A model generated the notes under the pieces. That model was not told where the DNA came from, did not search any database, and saw only the letters and a program-made list of their open reading frames with translations. The position numbers and the translations under genes are program-made. A stretch of 64,000 nucleotides of DNA from Macrostomum lignano (Eukaryota): contig NIVC01002281.1 of NCBI GenBank assembly GCA_002269645.1, positions 62,001-126,000 of the forward strand. The letters run 5' to 3'. The first letter of the stretch is position 1; each line of letters opens with the position of its first letter. Shown here in pieces: positions 14,536 to 26,406 of the stretch.

Positions 14536-15057
14536 TTCGCCATGGCAACGGCATCGGAGACTAGGTTTCCATGGCAACGGCATCGGAAACCAGATTTCCA
14601 TGGCAACAGCATCGGAAAGCCTGGTTTCCATAGCAACGGCATCGGAGACCAGGTTTCCATGGCAACGGCATCGGAAACCTGATTTCGATGGCAACGGCAT
14701 TGGAAACCAGATTTCCATGACAACGGGATCGGAAACCAGATTTCCATGGCAACAGCATCGGAAAGCCTGGTTTCCATAGCAACGGCATCGGAGACCAGGT
14801 TTCCATGGCAACGGCATCGGAAACCCGATTTCCATGGCAACGGCATCGGAAACCAGATTTCCATGGCAACAGCATCGGAAAGCCTGGTTTCCATAGTAAC
14901 GGCATCGGAGACTAGGTTTCCATGGCAATGGCATCGGAAACCAGATTTTCATGGCAACAGCATCGGAAAGCCTGGTTTCCATAGCAACGGCGTTGGAAAC
15001 CCGATTTCTATAACAACGGCATCGGAAACCAGCTCGGATACCAGAAACCATGGCAAC
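14536..15057. repeat. 29/30-bp minisatellite (GGCATCGGAAACCAGATTTCCATGGCAAC)n, about 18 copies, containing RFX X-box motifs
   Basis: Units read directly. Six contain an exact GTTTCCATRGCAAC. Confidence 0.95.
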
Positions 15058-15756
15058 AACCCATATGGACTCTAATCTTTACGAGAGAAAGAATCCTCAC
15101 GCCAGTCTCCATGGCACAATTTACTTACCCAGAATGCTAACCAGAGAGCCAAAAACTCTCGGTCGAACAAGCCTGTGAGATTTGCGGACCAGATCGCAAC
15201 TGACAAAAATTGATATCTACACAAGTCAGCCAGCCGGCCCCCAGATTGAAAGAATCCCGAAAATATCCCACTGCTGCCACGCACCTCTAATCCAGCCCAA
15301 CGGTAGCCAGTCGTGACACTGGGCGCACACTGACCAGAGCTGAGGATTAGTCACATCTTGAACAGTCACCGCAGCATGCATTCCCGTCACAGCTGCTGCG
15401 CGACAGCTAAAATATGAAAATGCATCATCTATACCAGACGCAAGGGTGCTACTATAGAAGTCCTAATGCACCATTGTCCCTTCAGCAGCAGAAACTGCAT
15501 TGATCGCGAAGAAGTAATTTATAAAAAGCTTGACTGAGAGCTATCGAAAAAAGTGCAGGCATGTTTTTGAGTGGGCGGGGAGGTTTTGTGCTCGTAAAAT
15601 TCAATTCAAAAGCTCAGACTGCTCCGATAAGCTTGGCAGTAATAATTGCTTTTTTATCTGTCAGTTTATCCTGCATGATGCGTGTCTTCGTCTGGCTGGT
15701 GAACTTTGAAGAGTGCAAATTCCACACTGGTTTTAAAGGGCTGGGATCACTCAGAT

Positions 15757-16075
15757 CTGGGAGGCTGAGGACCTTGACCCCAAAATTAGTGATGATGAGG
15801 ATCTAGGAGGCTGGGAATCTCAACCCCGAAATTAGTGATAATGAGGATCTAGGAGGCTGGGAATCTCAACCCCAAAATTAGTGATGATGAAGATCTAGGA
15901 GGCTGGGAATCTCAACCCCGAAATTAGTGATGGTGAAGATCTAGGAGGCTGGGAATCTCAACCCCGAAATTAGTGATGATGAGGATCTAGGAGGCTGGGA
16001 ATCTCAACCCCGAAATTAGTGATGGTGAGGATTTGGGAGGCTGGGAAGATCAGCCCCAATCTTAGTAATGATGAA
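15757..16075. repeat. 46-bp minisatellite, about 7 copies, sharing the core TGAGGATCT(A/G)GGAGGCTGG with the 28-bp family
   Basis: AATTAGTG recurs at 15784 and 15830 (period 46). Confidence 0.93.
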
Positions 16076-16884
16076 GATCTCAGCTCTCTCAGCTCTCATT
16101 GCTTGCTTAAGGAACCAAACGGACCAAAATATGACGGGCAATATTTTTTTAAACGAATCTCTTCTAAAAGATAATGATAATTAAACAATAATTAGTGCAG
16201 CAGGTCTAGTACTTTCCAAGAAACATCCTGGAACCCAGGAGTCCCCATCTCAGGTGCCTTCCAATTCATTCAATAATTGGTGCGGCTACCAATCTATTAT
16301 AACCGATTTCGGGTCCATTTTTAATGCACTTTTAGCAGCGGCAGCCAAGGCGGAATTAAAGGAAGCGCCTCCGGGCGGCGGAGGACCGGGATGGGGGATC
16401 AAGTCGAGCGGCTGGAAGAGGGGAGGGAATGGCCTTCCATCTGGCAGCAATAGCCCTATCGGGCGAAATTCTGCTGCTGCTGCGCGCCCAGTAAAGTATG
16501 AATTTCCTGCGGATGATACACTTGTACAACACGGGCTGCCTGCCTGCCTGACCGCAATTCAGAGCTCAGACAATGCAGCGGCAATACGATAGGGGCAGAC
16601 AGATCCCCAAACAGCTAAATGCAGTAGGCTTAGCTACAGGCTGGCGTCCACTTGCTGAAACTTATGTCCCAATCGGTTCCATATGCATTTCACTTCATTC
16701 TCTACCATCCACATCGAGTGCGAAGTCCGAAAAATTGACAGGGGAGGGGGGGTGGAATTTTGCCGCTACACAAAAACTTTTCCAGGCATTTGTAGCTGCC
16801 GTTTTTATCGGCATCAGTTAAACAGTCAGCAGCAAAATTTGCGCGCAAATTGCTTACTCAGATTATAATTGCTCGTGCCGGCTG

Positions 16885-18130
16885 GCCACTTCAGTTGACT
16901 ACGGGGCGCCACTTCATTTGACCAGGGGCGCCACTTCAGTTGACTACAGGGCGCCACTTCATTTGACTACGGGGCGCCACTTCATTTGACCAGGGGCGCC
17001 ACTTCATTTGACCAGGGGCGCCACTTCATTTGACCAGGGGCGCCACTTCATTTGACCAGGGGCGCCACTTCATTTGACCAGGGGCGCCACTTCATTTGAC
17101 CAGGGGCGCCACTTCATTTGACCAGGGGCGCCACTTCATTTGACCAGGGGCGCCACTTCATTTGACCAGGGGCGCCACTTCATTTGACCAGGGGCGCCAC
17201 TTCATTTGACCAGGGGCGCCACTTCATTTGACCAGGGGCGCCACTTCATTTGACCAGGGGCGCCACTTCATTTGACCAGGGGCGCCACTTCATTTGACCA
17301 GGGGCGCCACTTCATTTGACCAGGGGCGCCACTTCATTTGACCAGGGGCGCCACTTCATTTGACCAGGGGCGCCACTTCATTTGACCAGGGGCGCCACTT
17401 CATTTGACCAGGGGCGCCACTTCATTTGACCAGGGGCGCCACTTCATTTGACCAGGGGCGCCACTTCATTTGACCAGGGGCGCCACTTCATTTGACCAGG
17501 GGCGCCACTTCATTTGACCAGGGGCGCCACTTCATTTGACCAGGGGCGCCACTTCATTTGACCAGGGGCGCCACTTCATTTGACCAGGGGCGCCACTTCA
17601 TTTGACCAGGGGCGCCACTTCATTTGACCAGGGGCGCCACTTCATTTGACCAGGGGCGCCACTTCATTTGACCAGGGGCGCCACTTCATTTGACCAGGGG
17701 CGCCACTTCATTTGACCAGGGGCGCCATTTCATTTGACTATGGGTGTCATTTTACTTGACTTTGGGCGCCATTTTACTTTGTATTTGACTTTGAGCGCCA
17801 TTTTACTTGACTATGGGCGCCATTTCATTTGACTATGGGCGCCATTTTATTTGACCAGGGGCGCCATTTTACTTGACTTTGGGCGCCATTTTATTTGACT
17901 TTGGGCGCCATTTTATTTGACTTGCAGGGGCGCCATTTCATTTGAATATGGGCGCCGTTTCATTTGACTATGGGCGCCGTTTCATTTGACTATGGGCGCC
18001 ATTTAATTTGATTATGGGCGCCATTTTATTTGACTATGGGCGCCATTTCATTTGACTTGCAGGGGCGCCATTTCATTCGACTAGGGGCGCCATTTCATTC
18101 AACCAGGGGCGCCAGTTCATCTGAGCTGCA
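16885..18130. repeat. 22-bp minisatellite (GACCAGGGGCGCCACTTCATTT)n with a homogeneous core and a degenerate right arm
   Basis: Period 22. Essentially identical copies from about 16980 to 17725; divergent copies from 17730 to 18130. Confidence 0.97.
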
Positions 18131-18714
18131 GGGGCGCCTCAAACTTTTGCCAGTCGATCAGGTGACTGCGGCGACTTTGCAAGCAAAAAAATCGGCACTT
18201 TCAACTTGGGTTGTGCAAGCTGAATGTTCTGAAAAATTGCGAACCAAAATCAACGCCAATAAAATCAATCAAGAGCCGACAGTCGCATGACAGCGTGGCC
18301 GGCGGCATCCCCCATTGTGCCAGAAATATCCATCATCATCATCATCGCCCGGCTTGACCACCACCAACTTGTCCTTAGCCAGGCACAATGCACTTATAAT
18401 TTTTATAAGAAACCCAGGCGGAACTCGGCCAGCTCCGGCCGCCGCCGCGGTTGAATGGGAAAGAATAGAATCTGACTGGGGATTGATGCCTGACCACCTT
18501 CCTGCTGACGGCAGCATGGCGGAGTCCTTGGAATTGTGTTTGGCAAGCCACGCCCACCGGCCGGGCGATCACCGGACACGGAGGGGCTGGCAATGTCAGA
18601 CCGCTGCGCATTCTTATTCAGTCTATTCTGATTGTCTGCTGACCTAGCAGCCTGCGCCCATAGACTTGCGGTCCCGGGTTCGAATCTTTTCTAGCATTTT
18701 CACTTCTCAATCCA

Positions 18715-20035
18715 GTTCAGTACCATTGTCACTCCAATTCAGTGCTATTGTCACTCCAATTCAGTGCCATTGTCACTCCAATTCAGTGCTATTGTCACTC
18801 CAATTCAGTGCCATTGTCACCCCAATTCAGTGCCATTGTCACTCTAATTTAGTGCTATTGTCACTCCAATTCAGTACCATTGTCACTCCAATTCAGTGCT
18901 ATTGTCACTCCAATTCAGTGCTATTGTCACTCCAATTCAGTGCCATTGTCACTCTAATTTAGTGCTATTGTCACTCCAATTCAGTGCTATTGTCACTCCA
19001 ATTCAGTGCCATTGTCACTCCAATTCAGTGCTATTGTCACTCCAATTCAGTGCCATTGTCACTCCAATTCAGTGCCATTGTCACTCTAATTCAGTGCCAT
19101 TGTCACTCCAATTCAGTACCATTGTCACTCCAATTCAGTGCTATTGTCACTCCAATTCAGTGCCATTGTCACTCCAATTTAGTACCATTGTCACTCCAAT
19201 TCAGTGCTATTGTCACTCCAATTCAGTGCCATTGTCACTCCAATTCAGTACCATTGTCACTCTAATTCAGTGCTATTGTCACTCCAATTCAGTGCTATTG
19301 TCACTCCAATTCAGTGCCATTGTCACTCCAATTCAGTACCATTGTCACTCCAATTCAGTGCTATTGTCACTCCAATTCAGTGCTATTGTCACTCCAATTC
19401 AGTGCTATTGTCACTCCAATTCAGTGCCATTGTCACTCCAGTTCAGTACCATTGTCACTCCAATTCAGTGCTATTGTCACTCCAATTCAGTGCCATTGTC
19501 ACTCCAATTCAGTACCATTGTCACTCCAATTTAGTGCCATTGTCACTCCAATTCAGTGCCATTGTCACTCCAGTTCAGTACCATTGTCACTCCAATTCAG
19601 TGCTATTGTCACTCCAATTCAGTGCCATTGTCACTCCAGTTCAGTACCATTGTCACTCCAATTCAGTACCATTGTCACTCCAATTCAGTGCCATTGTCAC
19701 TCCAATTCAGTGCCTTTGTCACTCTAATTCAGTACTATTGTCACTCCAATTCAGTGCTATTGTCACTCCAATTCAGTACTATTGTCACTCCAATTCAGTG
19801 CTATTGTCACTCCAATTCAGTGCTATTGTCACTCCAATTCAGTACTATTGTCACTCCAATTCAGTGCTATTGTCACTCCAATTCAGTGCTATTGTCACTC
19901 CAGTTCAGTACTATTGTCACTCCAATTCAGTGCTATTGTCACTCCAGTTCAGTACTATTGTCACTCCAATTCAGTGCCACTGTCACTCCAATTCAGAGAG
20001 ACTGTCACTCCAATTCAGTGCCTCTGTCACTCCCT
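18715..20035. repeat. 22-bp minisatellite (TCACTCCAATTCAGTGCTATTG)n, about 60 copies
   Basis: Unit read directly. It explains the overlapping plus-strand ORFs. Confidence 0.97.
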
Positions 20036-21049
20036 ATTGTCCCCATTAGGTGGCAAGCTGCCAGCACAAAGACAGAAAAACGAATGACATCAATTATAGA
20101 TAAATATTCAAGGACAAGTATGCAGATAAAGTGACATTTTCCGTACAATTCCGCATAATTAGCCTTTAAGATTCTGCTATATATTCATATATATGATAAC
20201 AATAGTAATAATTCGCTTAGACAATCAGCACAGATATAAAAAATGACAAAAAGGCAGAGAAGGCAATGAATGATATGAAGAATGCAGATTACATGCATCC
20301 GGAACAGGGACAGACAGGCAGACAGACATATCACAATTACAAAGAAACACACTTTATATACATTGGGGAATATTAAAAAATAATGCTATTAGGCTTCCCC
20401 CAAGAGCGCAGAACAAGTTACACTTTGAAGAAATTTCAATAGCAAACACAAATTTCAAATTTTAAATTATTGCCAAACAAAATACAAAAGACACAACTTT
20501 GCCGCAACATACTACTGACAGACAGACAGTAGTAATAGTTCAGCCGGCAATAATGAGAAATGTGTAACAGCAGCAAAACCGGCCGATTACGTGGATAATT
20601 CTCTATTGAATTCTTAGCGTAAATCAAATTTTCAATTATTGTTTTTTTATTCATTTTAATTTACGAGCTAAACAAATTCCATTTGAAAATAAGCTTGAGT
20701 AGTTAGATGCGGTTGCGGCAATAGAAATTAGCACCAGGGTGCCTGCACAACTGATTTGGCAGAAGTTACAGTAATAGACTTATCCAACTACTTAGGAAAA
20801 CGGGTTCCAGTAGGGTGTTGCGTTTTTTCTGCAATCATAGGTTGACTTTTAACAACTGATTCTTGCCATTGCTGAAAAATAATGAAATCAATAGGGAATA
20901 AAAGTACATATAGAAATCTGTTGGATTTCTTAAAAATAACAATTTCAGTACCGAACCTTTGCAACAATGACAAATACCTCTGGAATATGCAGCTTCTACA
21001 TCTGGCATATCTGCAAAAGCCTCTTTCATTGGACTTTATACAATCTGGG

Positions 21050-22305
21050 AGGGTGACCAAGTAACTGAGGATCTGGGAGGCTGGCCCTGGCCCAGCAACT
21101 GAGGATCTGGGAGGCTGGCCCAGCAACTGAGAATATGGGAGGCTGGCCCAGCAACTGAGGATCTGGGAGGCTGGCCCAGCAACTGAGAATATGGGAGGCT
21201 GGCCCAGCAACTGAGGATCTGGGAGGCTTGCCCAGCAACTGAGAATATGGGAGGCTGGCCCAGCAACTGAGGATCTGGGAGGCTGGCCCAGCAACTGAGG
21301 ATCTGGGAGGCTGGCCCAGCAACTGAGAATATGGGAGGCTGGCCCAGCAACTGAGGATCTGGGAGGCTGGCCCAGCAACTGAGGATCTGGGAGGCTGGCA
21401 CTGGCCCAGCAACTGAGGATCTGGGAGGCTGGCACTGGCCCAGCAACTGAGGATCCGGGAGGCTGGCCCAGCAACTGAGAATATGGGAGGCTGGCCCAGC
21501 AACTGAGGATCTGGGAGGCTGGCCCAGCAACTGAGAATATGGGAGGCTGGCCCAGCAACTGAGAATATGGGAGGCTGGCCCAGCAACTGAGGATCTGGGA
21601 GGCTGGCCCAGCAACTGAGAATATGGGAGGCTGGCCCAGCAACTGAGGATCTGGGAGGCTGGCCCAGCAACTGAGAATATGGGAGGCTGGCCCAGCAACT
21701 GAGGATCTGGGAGGCTGGCCCAGCAACTGAGGATCTGGGAGGCTGGCCCAGCAACTGAGGATCTGGGAGGCTGGCCCAGCAACTGAGGATCTGGGAGGCT
21801 GGCCCAGCAACTGAGGATCTGGGAGGCTGGCACTGGCCCAGCAACTGAGGATCTGGGAGGCTGGCACTGGCCCAGCAACTGAGGATCCGGGAGGCTGGCC
21901 CAGCAACTGAGAATATGGGAGGCTGGCCCAGCAACTGAGGATCTGGGAGGCTGGCCCAGCAACTGAGAATATGGGAGGCTGGCCCAGCAACTGAGGATCT
22001 GGGAGGCTGGCCCAGCAACTGAGGATCTGGGAGGCTGGCCCAGCAACTGAGAATATGGGAGGCTGGCCCAGCAACTGAGGATCTGGGAGGCTGGCCCAGC
22101 AACTGAGGATCTGGGAGGCTGGCACTGGCCCAGCAACTGAGGATCTGGGAGGCTGGCACTGGCCCAGCAACTGAGGATCCGGGAGGCTGGCCCAGCAACT
22201 GAGAATATGGGAGGCTGGCCCAGCAACTGAGGATCTGGGAGGCTGGCACTGGCCCAGCAACTGAGGATCTGGGAGGCTGGCCCAGAAACTGAGGAACTGG
22301 GAGGC
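21050..22305. repeat. 28-bp minisatellite (GAGGATCTGGGAGGCTGGCCCAGCAACT)n with 34-bp insertion variants, about 43 copies
   Basis: Unit read directly. The same family occurs at 54735-55200. Confidence 0.97.
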
Positions 22306-22416
22306 TGGGGGTGGCCTCTAAGCTTCTAAGGATACAGTGCAAGCTGCAGACAGTAGTACACGCCAAGGCAGTCAAAATCAGGCAAAATCAGTCAAAGGCA
22401 GGCAACGCAGTGGCCC

Positions 22417-22769
22417 TTAGAACTGCTGCTGCCGGCGCTTCTTTTCATCAATAGCTTCCAGAATGGGCTGTCGCTTGAGCTTGTATCGAATGTGCAGATT
22501 CTCGATCTCCTTCTCCATGTCAACGTCAAGGCTGGCTAGCCTAGACTGCAGCTCCTCGTAGGTGAGCGCGGCCACGAAGTCCAGATTGCCGTCCTCGAAT
22601 GCGCGTCGATAAGGCTGGAAGGCCTGCTGCACAGGGGACTGCTTGGACACTGGCTGCTGCTGCTGCTGCTGGGGTGACCCGCCGTCCTGTCTGTCAAAGT
22701 AGGCAAGGTAGTCAGGCCTGGAGCCGCCGCCTTTCCCGCCAGTGGCTGTCCTGTTCACTCGCATGGTGC
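22417..22769 (-). CDS. STK3/4: Hippo kinase exon 4 (SARAH domain, stop)
   Basis: Acceptor CGCTAG, GTMRVNR...KKRRQQQF*. Confidence 0.93.
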
Positions 22770-25700
22770 CTAGCGGGTGTTAATTAGTACGATTGATTAT
22801 TGTTAGCAGTGTGACAATCCAGCATAGCCATTCACACAATCTCACACCTACATTCACACAATATCACATCCACATTCACACACTATCACATCCATATTCA
22901 CACAATATCACATCCACATTCACACAATATCACATCCATATTCACACAATTTCACACCCACATTCACACACTATCGCATCCATATTCACACAATATCACA
23001 TCCATATTCACACAATTTCACACCCACATTCACACACTATCGCATCCATATTCACGCAATCTCACACCAACATCCACACACTAACACACCAACATTCACA
23101 AAAATTCACATCCATATTCACATCTCACACACATTCACACAATTTACGAGTAACACCCACATTTACACACTATCACACCCACATGAACACACTATCACAA
23201 CCATATTCACATCTCACACATATTCACACAATTTAACACCCACATTTACACACTATCACATCCACATTTACACAATCTCATACACACATTCACACAATAT
23301 CACACACACATTCACACAGTCTCAAACCTACATTCACACAATCTCACACCTAAAGACCACACGCGCTTTCACAATCCAGAGCATTTACACAATCATTGCC
23401 AACCTTCATTGTCGTCCTCGCCCTCCTCGTCGCTCTCAACAATGACCATGGTGCCGGAGACGCTCTCGGCTAGGCTGTCCTCGTCCGAGTTGACAATCAT
23501 TGTGTGCGAAGAGGACATGGTGCTGCTGCCAGTCAGGGTGGAGGTGCCGCCGCCGCGAGTTGAGCCGCCCGACGATGTGACAAGAGTGGCGGAGTCGCCC
23601 GCCCCGGCGGCTGCTGCTGCTGAATTGCCGGCGGCTTCCTTCATAGTGCCGGCCTCCTCTGCGGTTGTAATTGATCGAATAACTATCGGTAATAATATGG
23701 ATTGTAAATGGCGGAACTGGCATTGTGAATAGCGGAATCTGAACTGTGAATAGCAGAATCTGAACTGTGAACAGCACAATCTGAACTGTGAACAGCACAA
23801 TCTGAACTGTGAATAGCAGAATCTGAACTGTGAACAGCAGAATCTGAACTGTGAATAGCAGAATCTGAACTGTGAACAGCACAATCTGAACTGTGAACAG
23901 CACAATCTGAACTGTGAGCAGCACAATCTGAACTGTGAACAGCTGAATCTGAACTGTGAACAGCACAATCTGAACTGTGAACAGCACAATCTGAACTGTG
24001 AATAGCAGAATCTGAACTGTGAATAGCAGAATCTGAACTGTGAACAGCACAATCTGAACTGTGAACAGCACAATCTGAACTGTGAATAGCAGAATCTGAA
24101 CTGTGAACAGCAGAATCTGAACTGTGAATAGCAGAATCTGAACTGTGAACAGCACAATCTGAACTGTGAACAGCACAATCTGAACTGTGAACAGCACAAT
24201 CTGAACTGTGAATAGCAGAATCTGAACTGTGAACAGCACAATTTGAACTGTGAATAGCACAATCTGAACTGTAAACAGCACAATCTGAACTGTGAACAGC
24301 ACAATCTGAACTGTGAGCAGCACAATCTGAACTGTGAACAGCTGAATCTGAACTGTGAACAGCTGAATCTGAACTGTGAACAGAGCAATCTTTTAGCTCA
24401 CCGTCAGAGTTCTCCGAATCGTCAGCCGGCCGACCGTCCTTTAATTTGGCGCTGCGCAGCTCCTCTGCCTCGCGCACCATGTCGCGCAGCACAAGATCTG
24501 GCGCCCCGGTGGCGGCTTTAATAAACTCGTGCTGCAACAGCCGCTCGGAGCTGGGCCTATCAGCCGGATTCTTAATTAGACACTGGCTAACAAAATCGAT
24601 AAACTCCTGCGACCATTTGTTGGGATTGCGGAAGCTGGGAGGCGGCTTAGTTGGGATCATGAACAGGGCGCGCATCGGGTGGATGTCGCCATAGGGAGGC
24701 TTGCCGTCGGCCATCTCGATAGCCGTGATGCCCAGAGACCAGATGTCCGCCGAATAGTTGTAGCCAATCTCCTGGATCACCTCGGGCGCCATCCAGTAGG
24801 GCGTGCCGATCACCTGAGGTGTTTTGGTTAAGTTATTGACACTGCTGAACATCACACGCTCACACAGGGTGTACAACAGCCCCGAATTGCTCATCATTAA
24901 GCATGTACTCTCTGTGTCTTGGGGGCTGGTCGTCAAGGGCGAGAATCGCACGAAAAGCCTTGCACCAATTTTCGCACACGAGCCACAAATTTATGTGGCT
25001 GTATTCACACCTATATTCACACAGTATCACACTTACATTCACACTATATTACACATATATTCACACAATCTCATACCTACATTCACACAATCTCACACCT
25101 ATATTCACACAGTATCATACTTACATTCACACTATATTACACTTATATTCACACAAATCCATACCTACATTCACACAATCTCACACCTATATTCACACAG
25201 TATCACACTTACATTCACACTATATTACACTTATATTCACACAATCTTATACCTAGATTCACACAATCTCGCGCCTACATTCACACAATCTCATACCTAG
25301 GTTCACACTATATGACACATATTCACACAATCTCATACCTACATTCACACAATCTCACACCTATATTCACACAGTATCACACTTATATTCACACAATATC
25401 AAACCTATATTCACACAGTATCAAACCTATATTCACACAGTATCACACTTACATTCACACTATATTACACCTATATTCACACAATAATCTCATACCTACA
25501 TTCACAAAATCTCACACCCACATTCACACAATCCCGCACCTACATACACACAAGCTCACACCCACATTCACACAATCTCACACCTATATTCACACAATAA
25601 TCTCATACCTACATTCACACCATCTCACACCCACATTCACACAATCTCACACCCACATTCACACAATCTCAAACCTACATTCACACAATCTCACACCTAC

Positions 25701-26406
25701 ATTCACATGTGAGAAGTGCTCAGCCCAGTACACACTGTGGCCATAGACGGAATCGAACCCGTGTCACCTCGTCAGCGCGAGAGTCAGACACGCTAACCGC
25801 TGATCTACTCAGCTGCCCCACCACCCGAGCTGTTATTATCAACGGTTATCAACAGTAAAAACTGAAAATAGTTCAGTACAAACTCACAGTATTCCTCTTA
25901 GCCATGGTGTCAGTGAGCTGTCCGGCAACACCAAAATCCGCTAATTTAGCCTGGCCCTGCGAATTCAACAGTATATTGCCGGCCTTAATATCCCTGTGAA
26001 TCTTGCGCCTCTGATGCAGGTACTCCAATCCTTTCAGTGTATAAGCCAGTACTGTGGCTATCTCCATCTCTGACAGGGTTTTACCCCTCAGTCGCATAAT
26101 ATCTGACACTGAGCCAGCGCCGCAGTACTCCATTATAATCCACAGGTCAGCATCTTTGAAATAGCTGCCGTAGTATTTCACAATGTAGGGCGAATCGCAT
26201 TGTTGCATAATCGATATCTCTTTAATAATCTCTTGCAGATCTGTGTCAACTGGCACCTTCTTAATAGCCAAGGTGTGGCCAGTAGCCATGTGTTCAGCCT
26301 TGTACACACTGCCATAGCTGCCTTTGCCCAGCTTGCTCACTATGCTAAACACTTCATCTGGTGGCTTGGCTAATGAAGCCTCATCCAGCTTCTCAAAGGC
26401 TGACAT
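22417..26406 (-). CDS. STK3/4: Hippo/MST1-MST2 (STE20 family) kinase, complete gene: join 26406-25888, 24813-24402, 23658-23404, 22769-22417 = 1539 nt, 512 aa
   Basis: Motifs [67 protein letters not shown]|[18 protein letters not shown] and a C-terminal SARAH coil ([39 protein letters not shown]). All three introns are GT-AG with matching phases (0,1,1). An in-frame TGA lies two codons upstream of the ATG. Confidence 0.96.
22810..23350. repeat. degenerate ~22-bp CA-rich minisatellite filling hippo intron 3
   Basis: ATTCACACAATATCACATCCAC-like units. Confidence 0.9.
23404..23658 (-). CDS. STK3/4: Hippo kinase exon 3 (linker with Thr-Met motifs)
   Basis: Acceptor CCGCAG, EEAGTMK...EDDNE, donor GTTGGC; phase 1 at both ends. 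Confidence 0.85.
23715..24385. repeat. 21-bp minisatellite (GAACTGTGAACAGCACAATCT)n filling hippo intron 2, about 32 copies
   Basis: Unit read directly. Confidence 0.96.
24402..24813 (-). CDS. STK3/4: Hippo kinase exon 2 (kinase C-lobe)
   Basis: Acceptor CCTCAG, VIGTPYW...DDSENSD, donor GTGAGC. Confidence 0.95.
24995..25710. repeat. degenerate ~22-bp CA-rich minisatellite in hippo intron 1 (same family as intron 3)
   Basis: ATTCACACAATCTCACACCTAC-like units. Confidence 0.9.
25741..25819 (-). mobile_element. tRNA-derived Pol III head (second SINE family or tRNA pseudogene) in hippo intron 1
   Basis: Minus strand reads GGGGCAGCTGAGTAGATCAGCGGTTAGCG...GGGTTCGATTCCGTC, with an A-box-like TAGATCAGCGG and a perfect B-box GGTTCGATTCC (25749-25759). 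I could not fold a closed cloverleaf. Confidence 0.65.
25888..26406 (-). CDS. STK3/4: Hippo kinase exon 1 (kinase N-lobe to activation loop)
   Basis: [12 protein letters not shown]...KRNT, then donor GTGAGT at 25887. Confidence 0.96.

Noticed and set aside
15757-16075. Hammerhead ribozyme in the 46-bp unit (TGATGAG...CGAAA) or in the 58-bp unit at 3772-4745
   Set aside because: The CUGANGA core is not exact (GTGATGA; CTGAGTGA), the 58-mer has no suitably placed GAAA, and I could not pair the three stems.
16885-18130. CCAGGGGCGCC as a CTCF site array
   Set aside because: It has four G where the CTCF core needs AG plus four more bases before GC, and the upstream CCAC half is missing. CTCF is also reported absent from flatworms.
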